Source: a virus
Virus record (IMG/VR): IMGVR_UViG_3300035670_000075
Location: 41,388-105,387 of that record
Direction: 5' to 3' (one strand)
DNA: 64,000 bases
The notes under the pieces are model-generated. The model searched no databases and was not told the DNA's origin. It was given only the letters and a program-made list of their open reading frames with translations. Made by a program: the position numbers and the translations under genes. Shown here one piece after another: positions 9,962 to 20,235 of the stretch (position 1 is the first letter of the stretch; each line of letters opens with the position of its first letter).

Positions 9962-10432
9962 CTACTGTTCGGCGGCTTCTTCGCCTACCGCTTCCACCAC
10001 TTCTTCATGCTTTCTCACCAACGGCAAGATTGGGCCTTGCCAACCGCAATCTTCGTCTCCTTCGTAATTAACCAATGCGTATTGGATAACGCCAAGCTCG
10101 ACTGCGCTGCCTTTATTGGGGAACGCAACCGCGCCGTCGCCCTTGGTTTTTACGGTGACAGCGGTAATACCTGATGGCAGACCTTCGAGTACGCCTTTAG
10201 CGACATCCGTTGGCAGCGCCAAGAAATAAGTTCCAGGTTTAGTTGGGCGGTGAGTATCGAAGCAAATCACCTCGACGCCCATTGCCGACTGCATGATTGC
10301 CAACGAGTCGCGCATGACTTCATGCGCCTCTTCAGGCGTAAGTGCTTTTCCGCCTGGCGAGTTGTCGCTTAACGCAATCGCGATGTCTTTGCCATTTAAG
10401 AAAACGTCTTTAAGCGTGTTGATGATGCCCAT
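9962..10432 (-). CDS. Hypothetical protein
   Basis: ORF co-oriented with the late genes. Confidence 0.55.
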   Translation of the reverse strand: MGIINTLKDVFLNGKDIAIALSDNSPGGKALTPEEAHEVMRDSLAIMQSAMGVEVICFDTHRPTKPGTYFLALPTDVAKGVLEGLPSGITAVTVKTKGDGAVAFPNKGSAVELGVIQYALVNYEGDEDCGWQGPILPLVRKHEEVVEAVGEEAAEQ

Positions 10433-10541
10433 ATAACCACCGAATTATCCTGTGTATATTGATGAATTTTATGTGTTTTTCCAAGTAAAATCAACACATT
10501 GTTACCTATAGTCGATTTAATGCGCTAGAGCTTACGTTAAC

Positions 10542-11057
10542 CTATCTATCATCCATCAGGCGATTGATTTTATCTTCGCTTTCTTGCTTTTTACGCATGT
10601 ACTCAGCACGCATTTGTTGTAACTCTTCGAGCGTCCAATCGCTGCTGCTGAAAAGATCGCGTGTTTTTTGGCTAAAATCGCTTTCGCTTATTTCGCTGTT
10701 TTTCTCGTCGCTGTTGCCATTGCTTTTGTCGCTAGGCTTGTCATCTTCTATGATCTTACCAAACCTAGACTCAAATAATTTTTTCAGCGCCCCGAATATG
10801 TAGGGGAGTCCAACATAACCAGCAAAAACAGACATGCCAGTAGTGAACACAGTGTCGTTTTTGAGTTCAGGGAAAACCACTACCGTAACCGCAGCAAAAG
10901 CAATTGCAGCAAAGCCACCGCCCAAAACTTTACCGATAATATTCCTGGTAGTTAGATTGCCCTCAGCATTGAATACTGCCCCCAATGCAGATAGTGCGCC
11001 GACCAGCCAAATCAAACCTACTCTTGTGATCTCGGCATAGATATTTGGCTCCTGCAT
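10542..11057 (-). CDS. Holin-like membrane protein
   Basis: Three TM segments followed by a charged C-terminal tail. Confidence 0.65.
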   Translation of the reverse strand: MQEPNIYAEITRVGLIWLVGALSALGAVFNAEGNLTTRNIIGKVLGGGFAAIAFAAVTVVVFPELKNDTVFTTGMSVFAGYVGLPYIFGALKKLFESRFGKIIEDDKPSDKSNGNSDEKNSEISESDFSQKTRDLFSSSDWTLEELQQMRAEYMRKKQESEDKINRLMDDR

Positions 11058-11371
11058 TGGTTTTCATCGCCCTGTGCTATTCTGTGTTCATGACTTCTTA
11101 ATTCTTGTTGAATAATCGATCTAGTTTCACGACCTGATGAAATATAATAGTCATTGGCTATGAAGCCTACCCATGCTGATATGCCTATCGAAACAATCAT
11201 CACAGCAATCATTACAACCCGGAAAAGCCGATTAAAACCACGCTCTATGTTGTAGTCTGAGTGCAACTGTGAAATTTCAAATTCCAGTCGCTCCATTCGC
11301 TCTTTGTTTAATTTGCTGTCTGCTTCGATGCGAGCCAAGCGACCCTCAATGCTTTCGGCAAAGTCACCCAT
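11018..11371 (-). CDS. Coiled-coil single-TM protein (lysis-module-like)
   Basis: IEGRLARIE coiled coil followed by a TM helix. Confidence 0.55.
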   Translation of the reverse strand: MGDFAESIEGRLARIEADSKLNKERMERLEFEISQLHSDYNIERGFNRLFRVVMIAVMIVSIGISAWVGFIANDYYISSGRETRSIIQQELRSHEHRIAQGDENQCRSQISMPRSQE

Positions 11372-11933
11372 TCAATATCTCCACAAAACCGCCGTTTCCG
11401 TCTTCCATGTAATGCCACTGGTAATCTAAAGAGTCCCATCGCCATACATGTTGCCAACGGTTATCAACTACATAATCACCTTCGTAGGTGTGAACGACTA
11501 GCACCATATGGTATTCGGTACGTTCTCTATCTGCCCAACAGGTAGCTAATCGTAACTGGCTACGGTCAATACCTTCTAACATCAATAACAGTAATGCGAA
11601 TACTGCGTGTCCATCACAGTCATCAGCTATTTTGCCAGCAGGTGTTAAGTTTGGTACTTCCCAGTTGTCTATTTCACCATCAGGTGTGTAGATAAAGTTA
11701 CGAAATAGAAAACTTCTGACATCTTGAAGTATCGTTAAGATACTGGCGTTGTCGGAATGTAATTGATAACCCTCAATTCCGTTAAGACTGTATTTAAGGT
11801 AGGCAACGCGTAAACTTCGCTGGAAAGCTTTGTAGCGTTGATAATGTGAATCAGAAAGCCAATGCTTTTCGCCGGTTTGAATAAACGGTTCTACAGCGAA
11901 AAACTCTTTTAGCTTTCTAAACAGCCATTTCAT
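11364..11933 (-). CDS. Transglutaminase-like cysteine peptidase (BTLCP/C93, LapG-like)
   Basis: Y..D...DNW..P, DDCDGHA, HMVLVV, YVVDNR give a Cys-His-Asp triad. Confidence 0.85.
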   Translation of the reverse strand: MKWLFRKLKEFFAVEPFIQTGEKHWLSDSHYQRYKAFQRSLRVAYLKYSLNGIEGYQLHSDNASILTILQDVRSFLFRNFIYTPDGEIDNWEVPNLTPAGKIADDCDGHAVFALLLLMLEGIDRSQLRLATCWADRERTEYHMVLVVHTYEGDYVVDNRWQHVWRWDSLDYQWHYMEDGNGGFVEILNG

Positions 11934-12469
11934 TATGCAGTTCCGTCCATATCGTAAACTGGCATCATGGTGCGAATTTGGAAGTTATTAATCACTTCAC
12001 ATTCGGTTGTAAGATTAGCCAGGACGCTACCCAGCATGTAACCATGACATTCACAAGGGATTGCATAACGCCCGTCTGCTAAAGGGACTGGATAGAAGTT
12101 ACCGTAAGTAGAAGTTTCTACCCATTGCTTCCAGGTACGTTGCATATTGTCAGCATCAAATGAACCGTTAAATCCAAGTGGTACTAATGCTGTTTCATAG
12201 TCTTCAGCGGCAATTACAAAGAAGCATTTGAAGTTTTCCACTTCGCCACCGGATGCTACCACCGCTTGTACATGCGCGAAGTTAGGGGCAGATGTTTCTA
12301 ACGCTCTGTCCGGTAAATGGTAGGTTGTAGTGCCGGATGGTGATGAGTCTTTCAACACATCAAAAGTTACATTCACCCATAAGGCTAAATTGAATAACGC
12401 ACCACCAGGCTCTAAAGTAGCTGAAGGGGCGATGATTTTGAAATCACGTTGATAGTTGTCGATGTTCAT
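11933..12469 (-). CDS. Hypothetical virion-associated protein
   Basis: Coupled to the LamG gene. Confidence 0.55.
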   Translation of the reverse strand: MNIDNYQRDFKIIAPSATLEPGGALFNLALWVNVTFDVLKDSSPSGTTTYHLPDRALETSAPNFAHVQAVVASGGEVENFKCFFVIAAEDYETALVPLGFNGSFDADNMQRTWKQWVETSTYGNFYPVPLADGRYAIPCECHGYMLGSVLANLTTECEVINNFQIRTMMPVYDMDGTA

Positions 12470-14385
12470 GATACTTTGTAGTTCCTTTCGCCGTCAGTGT
12501 TTACGTCTTTGGTGACGCCTGTGGTTGGTGACCCGAATGTAATTAAGGTGTCTTTAGGAATGCTTTTGTTTATTAGCTGTGCAGCACCTACTGAATTAAT
12601 CGCTAACTTAGTTTCAGCACCATTATGCCCGTTAATAGCCGGATTTGTTAGTGGATTACCGTCAGCAGCGGAAACACCGCTTAACAGCGCTGGAATTTTG
12701 ACTGCACCGCTTTGCCGGAATCCTTTAGTTAAATTCCAATGAAATGAACCTTGAGTAGTCCAAACAGGAGCGTTTACTAAAGTGGCGTGGTTACTGTTGT
12801 TGGTAACATTATATACAGTAGAACCAGAACCTTCTGACAATGTATAGCGTGTACCATCGCTTAACTGTAAGTCCCAGCAAGTACCGGCTGTGAAATCGAT
12901 TCTACCGGCTGAGATTGAAGGTGTTGCAGTGCCACCTTTTAATACAACAGTTTCAGTACCGATTAAATGTGGTGCTGAAATATATTGACTAACACCATCA
13001 AACTGCAAACAATTCGATTGCACCAACAATGCGTTGTAGGGTACTTTTCCGGTAAATTGCAGCGCATTGCCATAAGCATCCAGCGTGGCATTACGCGCCG
13101 GAATGAACGCGCCGACGTTGTTTGTTGAGAGCGTTTGTTGGTAGGCGGTTGCGACTGTACCCGCCTGAAATTGGATGTTTTCAATTTGAATTGTTGCTGT
13201 ACTGGATGCCGTGTCACCTCTCAACGACGCCAGAGAATCAACAAGGCAAATATAATTTACAGAGCTTTCCAAGCCTGTATTCAATCCAACAACAACGACG
13301 CGCCAATACGCCCCGGCGTCAGTGACGGAAACAGTAGGAAACGGTGTGGCGCTTTGTGTTGCGCCAGTCGCAACGTCTATATTTAGGTATGATGCGACGC
13401 CCCAGCCTGTATTGCTAAATATCTGTAAAATTCCAGATCCCTTTACTACGTTGCACGATAGAACGTAACTAGCTCCAATCGTAGGCAGTGGATTAACGCC
13501 AATAGAGATATATTTTTGCACTCCGCTCCCGGCATTGCCGGTTATCGTGTTTGCTGTTGCGGTGACGTTTAGTTTTATCCAGTTAGCCTGTGTAAAATCG
13601 CCTGAATTAGCGTAATAGTTCACGCCAACAGAATAGCCCAGTTGGTTGTTCGTGTCGTTCCCCGCGCCATCCGTAAACGTGGTATGTGTGACGCCGCCTA
13701 CGTGCGTACCGTGGTAGCCATTGCCGCTAATGTCGTAGGCTGTTGTTCCGCTGCCTGCTGCCATCGGGTAATTAGCACGTAAAACGCCATCGGTTTTTAT
13801 GCTGATGCTGTGAAGCGAGCCGTTAAAATACAGAAGCGGTGTTGAAAACGCGCGGAGACCAATTCTTGCGTTTGTCGTCGTGCTTATAGCGCCAGTATTG
13901 ACAATAGATTTAGTTTCTGAATCTACGGTTATAGTCAATAATCCTGATGCCCAAATAACGCTAAAACGATGCCATAAATTATCATTGTAGTTTGCGTCGG
14001 TTTGAATTGTTGGATTGATGTTGTTGTGATATACCGCCAATCTCCCCCCGTTAATCGCAACTAGCAGACCATCACCGCCGACATCCCTGCAATCGACAAT
14101 TACCCCCAAAACGCCTAACAATGTTCTAAAATGGCCTGTGATTTCATAGCTGGATGTCGCGTTTATTGCGAGCGGTAAATTAACATAACCAGTTGAGCCA
14201 TCAAACGTCAACGCCCGCCCAGGCTGCACCGCCCGCGCCGAGCCTTTCAATGCTGATTGGTCATAAACCGTACTATCAATTATATTCTGTCCGACTGTAC
14301 GCTTATGACTCAACAAACATTGAACAGCATTAGTTTCGGCTGAATAATTGACTGCAAGCCCTTGACGAATAACAGGCAATGTCAT
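12466..14385 (-). CDS. LamG/ConA-like domain protein (tail fibre / receptor binding)
   Basis: LTFDG..GYV, NDNLWH, YFNGSL, GSGTTAYDISGNGYHGT motifs. Confidence 0.8.
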   Translation of the reverse strand: MTLPVIRQGLAVNYSAETNAVQCLLSHKRTVGQNIIDSTVYDQSALKGSARAVQPGRALTFDGSTGYVNLPLAINATSSYEITGHFRTLLGVLGVIVDCRDVGGDGLLVAINGGRLAVYHNNINPTIQTDANYNDNLWHRFSVIWASGLLTITVDSETKSIVNTGAISTTTNARIGLRAFSTPLLYFNGSLHSISIKTDGVLRANYPMAAGSGTTAYDISGNGYHGTHVGGVTHTTFTDGAGNDTNNQLGYSVGVNYYANSGDFTQANWIKLNVTATANTITGNAGSGVQKYISIGVNPLPTIGASYVLSCNVVKGSGILQIFSNTGWGVASYLNIDVATGATQSATPFPTVSVTDAGAYWRVVVVGLNTGLESSVNYICLVDSLASLRGDTASSTATIQIENIQFQAGTVATAYQQTLSTNNVGAFIPARNATLDAYGNALQFTGKVPYNALLVQSNCLQFDGVSQYISAPHLIGTETVVLKGGTATPSISAGRIDFTAGTCWDLQLSDGTRYTLSEGSGSTVYNVTNNSNHATLVNAPVWTTQGSFHWNLTKGFRQSGAVKIPALLSGVSAADGNPLTNPAINGHNGAETKLAINSVGAAQLINKSIPKDTLITFGSPTTGVTKDVNTDGERNYKVS

Positions 14386-14828
14386 GACGTTAATTCCCCA
14401 AATACATCCCAAGTGTCAGTACGTACTTTAACCATACTAAACCTGGAATACTGTCGCAACGTCTTCTTATCAGCGTTACGAATAGTAACACCACCAGCAC
14501 CAGAAACGGTTACTTGACCGGCACCAATCTGAATACCACCGATAGCAGTACCGATTGGGAAAGCGACGGTAGCGTTCAACGGAATCTGTACAGCAATAGC
14601 AGCGGCGTTGTTAAATTCGATGGTCTTATTTGCATCAGTTAGAGCTAACGTGTAACTAACACCGGTTTCTTCTCGAATACTTTCCAGCATTAACTTAGAA
14701 GCAACGGTAGTGATCGCAGCAGCACCTTCACCGGTGCCACCGGAATTATGAACCAGTAAACGCCAACTGGTATCGAAGTCACCAGTGTTTAACGGCGTAG
14801 GGTATTGTTGATAGGCTGCTGTTCCCAT
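14382..14828 (-). CDS. Tail fibre-associated structural protein
   Basis: SYTLALTDA...VAFPIGT...QIGAGQVT...W.VFGEL phage tail module. Confidence 0.65.
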   Translation of the reverse strand: MGTAAYQQYPTPLNTGDFDTSWRLLVHNSGGTGEGAAAITTVASKLMLESIREETGVSYTLALTDANKTIEFNNAAAIAVQIPLNATVAFPIGTAIGGIQIGAGQVTVSGAGGVTIRNADKKTLRQYSRFSMVKVRTDTWDVFGELTS

Positions 14829-14832
14829 GATT

Positions 14833-16131
14833 CTAAATCTCCGCTCCGAATGCTGCACTGATAATCACATTGTCAGTGCCGGAAGTGCTATGTGTACAAA
14901 TCACAATGTCACCAGGGGTTAACATGTATTTACCTAATCCATCTAACGGATTAGTGAAATTCATTGTGGAATTGATCGGTACAATGGCTGACAAAAGCCG
15001 AAAACAACCAGCGCTGGTGAAATCGAAAGTAGTAGCACCACCTTCATTATTGACGATGTACTCTACTGCACCAGTTAATGAATCCGGTGTCCAAGACTGT
15101 CCTACGATGTTTGAAATCTTTGTGCTGTCTCTGGTAATCCACACTTCAAAACTGGATTCATCAACAGCAGTAGCACTGATCTGTGCCAGCATCACATCAA
15201 TCGTGTTTACCCAACTATTACCGTTATCATTAGTGCGGGTAGACGGAATACGGAAAGCCATTGCAGGCTCATTAACTGAAGTGCTGGCGATTAAGCCAGT
15301 AGTAATTGAAGTGTAGGTTAAGCCTTCTGCTTGCCCACCTTGAGAAGTGACATCCCAACAACCAACGTGAATAGTGGGGTTAGAAGTGTCTGCGTATTCA
15401 AATTCCCAGAACACGCCATTCTGTGAAGTACCTAATCCCCATCTTACTGCGCTACCAGTTCTGGCTAGACCACCTAAAGTGTGCGCCCCTTGTACCGCTT
15501 CATAGAACACCGGCATAGCAGGATTAGTAATGGTCAAAGCAGTGGTATTACCAAGCTTTTCAGCATGTGCAATTTCAGTTAAGTTACCGAAACCCCAGAA
15601 ATCGCCAGCACCACGCCACTGAAACACGCCATCAGTGACATTACCTTTAGAAAGGTCTAAGCCATGTCCGACAACTTCAGTTCTGGTATCAGTGACAGTA
15701 GTACCGACAATAGTGCGAAGTACCATATACAACTTACCAGTACCAGGACTGGTAATCCAGACTGAATCAGAATAACGATGTCCACGATTAGGTTGGTAAC
15801 GGTAATGCCGTTTAGTTTGACAGCGGTACAGATTACCGCCGGAAGCAGTCACTTTCAAACGTCCATTGTCGGAATAGATGAAAGCATCAGCAGAAGTGTC
15901 ATAAACTTCAGTGCCATTGATCATCTTCTTCCAATCAGCTTTAGGAACGGTGAAAGTGAATACACCAGCACCGAGGCTATGTGGTTGCACGAAAACTGGT
16001 TCACCCCAAGCAGAAGTTGCAAGGTCGTTTTTACCTAGCACACGTCTAGGGATGTATGGATCGTCAGTTGCACCAGTACCGAGAGCATCGAAATACTTGA
16101 CGACATCGTTTTCAGTTGCGGTAAATGTCAT
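14833..16131 (-). CDS. Beta-rich virion structural protein
   Basis: QTKRHYRYQP motif, T/G-rich composition, late-gene context. Confidence 0.6.
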   Translation of the reverse strand: MTFTATENDVVKYFDALGTGATDDPYIPRRVLGKNDLATSAWGEPVFVQPHSLGAGVFTFTVPKADWKKMINGTEVYDTSADAFIYSDNGRLKVTASGGNLYRCQTKRHYRYQPNRGHRYSDSVWITSPGTGKLYMVLRTIVGTTVTDTRTEVVGHGLDLSKGNVTDGVFQWRGAGDFWGFGNLTEIAHAEKLGNTTALTITNPAMPVFYEAVQGAHTLGGLARTGSAVRWGLGTSQNGVFWEFEYADTSNPTIHVGCWDVTSQGGQAEGLTYTSITTGLIASTSVNEPAMAFRIPSTRTNDNGNSWVNTIDVMLAQISATAVDESSFEVWITRDSTKISNIVGQSWTPDSLTGAVEYIVNNEGGATTFDFTSAGCFRLLSAIVPINSTMNFTNPLDGLGKYMLTPGDIVICTHSTSGTDNVIISAAFGAEI

Positions 16132-16139
16132 AGTTACCT

Positions 16140-16367
16140 CTACGTGACCGTGTTAAGCAGCCCATTTACCGTGCCGCTGTAAGTATCCATTGAGTAGCGC
16201 TGAGAAACATCATTCCACGCTACCGAAAGCCCACCCAACCATTCCATTCCCCATCCATCAATCCATAGCGCAGCAGCATTATCTACAGGCGGATTGACTA
16301 TGCTTATGCCGGGCTGAGAAGCCGTTACATATGGATACGGGTAGCCGGGCGACACCGATAGCTGCAT
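16140..16367 (-). CDS. Hypothetical protein
   Basis: Fills gap in the late operon. Confidence 0.45.
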   Translation of the reverse strand: MQLSVSPGYPYPYVTASQPGISIVNPPVDNAAALWIDGWGMEWLGGLSVAWNDVSQRYSMDTYSGTVNGLLNTVT

Positions 16368-16370
16368 GGA

Positions 16371-16721
16371 CTATTCTCGGCATGGATGAACGTATACGTT
16401 GCCGTTATCAGCGCCATCAAGCTTGATAAAAGCAAGTTTATGATTTTTGGGAATCCGCATTTGCCGTGTCAGCCCGCCCGTCAACACAGGCTGGCTTGTG
16501 GTGGCTGTAGGCGTGACGCCGTGAGTCCAGTGAACACTGGTCGTTGGCGTAATTTCTACTACCACATCGTCGCTGTGCAAATTTGCGTCAAGCCCATTGT
16601 CCGTCAAAAGTCCGGCAATGGTTTTGTTGCTCGGATGTGATGCCGTGTCAGCAAGACCAACAACTTCGCCCAGCGGGTACGGGGTGAGTAAATCCGATCT
16701 CATGCGTTTGTCCTCTGTCAT
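16371..16721 (-). CDS. Hypothetical structural protein
   Basis: Late operon context; start approximate. Confidence 0.5.
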   Translation of the reverse strand: MTEDKRMRSDLLTPYPLGEVVGLADTASHPSNKTIAGLLTDNGLDANLHSDDVVVEITPTTSVHWTHGVTPTATTSQPVLTGGLTRQMRIPKNHKLAFIKLDGADNGNVYVHPCRE

Positions 16722-16924
16722 CTGACTGCGGAGTGTTAATTTTACGTGCCGCAACCAAGACTTTTACATTGCTGTGCGCTTTATCAGTCACAGCCCATCC
16801 GCCTCGTTCGACGCTGAATACCAGGTCGCCTGGATTGCAACCGCCTGATTTAATAATCTCCCACCCTGGAGGCGGATTGGTCGAACTGGCTACCAGTTCT
16901 GGCGGCAATGGATCGCCGGGTAAA

Positions 16925-17959
16925 TCACCACCAGTCATCTCCACCATCACCAGCCTCGATTAATGAAGATTCAGCACACGCACTGGTGCCGTAACCGCGC
17001 ACTTCAGCGCACAGGTACGGCGATAGCAGGTGCAGAACCTCATCTGGAATATAAGAAAAACGGCTCAAGTCGGTGCTGTTAGATGTCTCGAACTCGACTT
17101 TTACCGCCTCGAATACATCGACTTTCTTGACGGGCAAATCTTTGCCAGCCGGTTGCGCTTCTTGTTCGGAGAACATATCGCCGCGCAGAAAATTAATTGC
17201 CAGTAATGCGTTGGCATCGCTAAAAGCTTTTGGCGTTACGCTACTGGCTGGCATCGTCGCGGCGCGGTCTTCGCAAATCGTGCTGCCGCGATATAACGAC
17301 CACTCACGCGGAAATGATAGTCCTGGCTCGTAATACATGGTTAGCGTGGCATTGGCTGTCTCGTCCACTGACGGCGCATTCACCACTGTCAACACATGTG
17401 GGTCGGCGCTGGTATTCAGGTCAACAACGGTAAACTTGCCGTTGTTACCATCATTACTGAAGCCAGTTAAATTCAGCGTGCCGTCTTGAGTGTAATCAGC
17501 CCAAGTAAAAGCATTGTCCGCTGCTGGCGCGGTAAAGCACGAATTGAGATTGTCCGCCGTCACGCTGCCGGTATAACTACGCGCACGAAGAGTCGGCGGC
17601 GTACCGCATATCGCCTCAAGCCCACTCAGGATTGATGCCGCGCGATTCAGTGATTGCTGAATTAATACGTTTTCCGCTGCTGCTTTTGCGTTTGCGCCAT
17701 CATTGATCGGCGCTGCCGTCCACGTCGCAAAATCTTTGAAATACCATGCGCCATCAGTACCGCCGTGAATCGCGGCGCGATTACTGGCTGACACTTGCGT
17801 TGTACCGAATACTCCGGCGACGTAATCGCCATTCGCATCAATCGCCCACGTCAGATACGAATAGCCGCCCCTGCGGGCGGCGTACATTCTGAAGTAATCG
17901 ACTGTCACCAGCGATGTTTGCGTGGGTGATAGTGCGGTTGCATCGAAGTAGACGGTCAT
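16925..17959 (-). CDS. Head-tail adaptor-like protein with insertions
   Basis: TSLVTVDYFRMYAARRG N-terminus, GLSFPR, VLHLLSPYL; follows the capsid genes. Confidence 0.6.
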   Translation of the reverse strand: MTVYFDATALSPTQTSLVTVDYFRMYAARRGGYSYLTWAIDANGDYVAGVFGTTQVSASNRAAIHGGTDGAWYFKDFATWTAAPINDGANAKAAAENVLIQQSLNRAASILSGLEAICGTPPTLRARSYTGSVTADNLNSCFTAPAADNAFTWADYTQDGTLNLTGFSNDGNNGKFTVVDLNTSADPHVLTVVNAPSVDETANATLTMYYEPGLSFPREWSLYRGSTICEDRAATMPASSVTPKAFSDANALLAINFLRGDMFSEQEAQPAGKDLPVKKVDVFEAVKVEFETSNSTDLSRFSYIPDEVLHLLSPYLCAEVRGYGTSACAESSLIEAGDGGDDWW

Positions 17960-17966
17960 ATCAACC

Positions 17967-18251
17967 TTAAGTCACCCGCAGCTTGGGGTCTGCTTTCAAT
18001 TCTGCCAACATACTTTCAGTCAGGTCGGCAAGTTGCAAAACCGTTGGTTTGCGTCCGAAGTTCATTCCGCAGCGCCAACGACTGTCTTGCATCGCGACCA
18101 CCGTGATTTCGGTTTGGCTTGATTGCGGTGATGGCTCTTTAGTTTCCGATGCTACTGACTGAAGCGCATCGACTTGATCTGGCTCGCCTGCTTGCGCGCT
18201 TTTGCGTCCACGGCGTTTTGCCGGTTCTTCAGTGAGTTCTTCGCTCATCAT
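17967..18251 (-). CDS. HI1506 / Mu gp35-like protein
   Basis: RWRCGMNF...LT...LAELKADPKLRV. Confidence 0.75.
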   Translation of the reverse strand: MMSEELTEEPAKRRGRKSAQAGEPDQVDALQSVASETKEPSPQSSQTEITVVAMQDSRWRCGMNFGRKPTVLQLADLTESMLAELKADPKLRVT

Positions 18252-18299
18252 CGTCTCCAGTTTGTGACGCGGCGCAAACCTCGCGCCGCGTCATTCAGC

Positions 18300-19190
18300 T
18301 TAATCCAGGTACTCGGATACCAGGACTTCGACGTTGTTCCAGTCGGGGTTGGTTGCGCCACTTGCCAAACGCTCGACCTTGATGACCTCGTTCGCGGCAG
18401 ACTCGTTGCTCGGACCGCACACCAACAAGGTTGGGCGGATACCCAGCGGACGGCCTTTGTCGCTCTTCAGGGTTTTCATCGCGGCGCGCGCTGCGCGGTA
18501 GTTGGTGGCGTCTAAGGTAGCATTGCTACGATACGCCATTTGCCAAAAACCGTAACCGCCATTGACGCGAGCATCGACGCCGTACAGGTATTCGTTGCGA
18601 TGGAAAACGTTTTCATCGGTTTCGTCTACTTTGCTGACGAAGTTATAGCCCTTGCGCACCTGGAAGATAAACGGCTTCAACGGGCGACGGGTATCCAGCA
18701 AGAACCACGGCTTACCGGCACCGGATTGATAGTTGGAAGTGGCGACAATACTGCCTGCCTCACCAACCGGATGATCAGTATCGAAGAATGCCTGACCGTC
18801 GTAGCAGTTATTGGTCGTGCCGTTCACCAGCAAATCGAAAACGATTTGGTCTGGATGCGTTGCGGCGGCGTAACCCATTTCCTGCATCATCGGCGAGTAG
18901 ATGCCGTAGTTGTCATCTTCGATGTCGTCGCGCGACACACCAACTGTGGCTTCATGGCGCTTGTTGCTGATGGTGTAGTCATGTGCTGCCATGCTTTGAA
19001 TTTGGCGGTCGCCAATCCATTCGCGCATTTGCGGGAACTGACCCAGCCAGGCATAACGGTTTTGCGAGCTAGTGCTAGGCACCATCGTCGCCAGCATGTT
19101 CCAGCGCGATTCCGCCATGCGGAACCCCATGTTGAACGCGGCGTTGTAAGCGATAAACAGATCGCTCAGGTTACTGCGATTGATGATCAT
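18300..19190 (-). CDS. Mu gpT-like major capsid protein
   Basis: YAWLGQFPQMREWIGDR, CYDGQAFFDTDHPV, WFLLDT.RPLKP.IFQ, YGFWQMAY. Confidence 0.95.
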   Translation of the reverse strand: MIINRSNLSDLFIAYNAAFNMGFRMAESRWNMLATMVPSTSSQNRYAWLGQFPQMREWIGDRQIQSMAAHDYTISNKRHEATVGVSRDDIEDDNYGIYSPMMQEMGYAAATHPDQIVFDLLVNGTTNNCYDGQAFFDTDHPVGEAGSIVATSNYQSGAGKPWFLLDTRRPLKPFIFQVRKGYNFVSKVDETDENVFHRNEYLYGVDARVNGGYGFWQMAYRSNATLDATNYRAARAAMKTLKSDKGRPLGIRPTLLVCGPSNESAANEVIKVERLASGATNPDWNNVEVLVSEYLD

Positions 19191-19200
19191 GTCTATCTCC

Positions 19201-19611
19201 TTACTTGATTTCGACCCAGACACCCGTGGTGTCTAAATCGACAATTTTGCCAGCGGCGGATCGCGTGCCAGTGCCGTCGGTTTTCGCAACGGTTTGGTCA
19301 TCGACGATATAGCAAGTGTCGCCAATTTGCGCTGCGGTGATTTCGTCAGCCGCCGCCGAGTTACCAAAGCGGAACACGCCTTTGCGTACCAGCACGTTGA
19401 CGGCACCATCAGCGCCAGCCGAGTTATCGACCGTTGCTTGGTAAACGCCATCTGCAATCAAGCCGGTTGCGGTGCTGCCGGGCGCGGAATAACCCGTCGC
19501 ATTCAACACGGCGATACCGCCTGCGTAGCAAGTGGTGGTCGCGGCAACCGGACGGTTGAACTCGTCGCCTTTGCGCTCAGGGGTGGCGCGGTCTGCGGTT
19601 AAAGCTGCCAT
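19201..19611 (-). CDS. Mu-like head decoration/cement protein
   Basis: MAALTADR.TP, CYIVDDQTVAKT...RSAAG; lies directly before the capsid gene. Confidence 0.75.
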   Translation of the reverse strand: MAALTADRATPERKGDEFNRPVAATTTCYAGGIAVLNATGYSAPGSTATGLIADGVYQATVDNSAGADGAVNVLVRKGVFRFGNSAAADEITAAQIGDTCYIVDDQTVAKTDGTGTRSAAGKIVDLDTTGVWVEIK

Positions 19612-19614
19612 GTG

Positions 19615-20235
19615 TTAGCCCCCCATCAGCAGGTTGTTTTTGGAGCGCACTTGCTGTGCGGATTTTTTGAACGCATCAGCATCCAAGCCCATTTGACGCG
19701 CGATGGTAGACTGCGCGATGGTCAAGCCGCTGTCTTCGTCGTATTCGTGGACGCCGCCGGTTTGAGAAGCTGCAAACGCACGCATCGGCGTACATGCCGC
19801 CAAATACTCTTTCAGTCCGTCGATGTTTTGCGCACCCATGCGCTTAGCCCAGGTGACTTCGGCTTGGCTGACCAGCTTGCCGCTGGCTTGAGCTTCGGCA
19901 ATCAGGGATTCCAACTCGCGGGCTTTCGCGTCGCGCTCTTGGGCTTCCAGTTTTTCCGTCAGCTTGGCGATGATTTCTTTCTGCTCCATCAGCACACTCT
20001 GATCGGGCAGAACATCATTACCTTTGGTAGTTGCGGCGGGGGCAGCAGTGGATTGTTTATCGGCAAGAATTGCCGCGATTTTTTCGTCTTGCGCTTTCAA
20101 GTTGGCTTGCATCGTTTCGATAGCGGAGGATGCTTTGGCGGACTTGGCGATCAGATTACCGACCGCCTCAGCCACCGCGTCATCGCCAGCATCTTCCGGC
20201 AGGCCAAGCGCAGTTTTCATTGCTTGATAGTCCAT
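19615..20235 (-). CDS. Nested in-frame scaffolding protein (lambda Nu3-like)
   Basis: Internal AGGAG 7 nt upstream of in-frame ATG (MDYQAMK) right after the protease domain. Confidence 0.65.
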   Translation of the reverse strand: MDYQAMKTALGLPEDAGDDAVAEAVGNLIAKSAKASSAIETMQANLKAQDEKIAAILADKQSTAAPAATTKGNDVLPDQSVLMEQKEIIAKLTEKLEAQERDAKARELESLIAEAQASGKLVSQAEVTWAKRMGAQNIDGLKEYLAACTPMRAFAASQTGGVHEYDEDSGLTIAQSTIARQMGLDADAFKKSAQQVRSKNNLLMGG

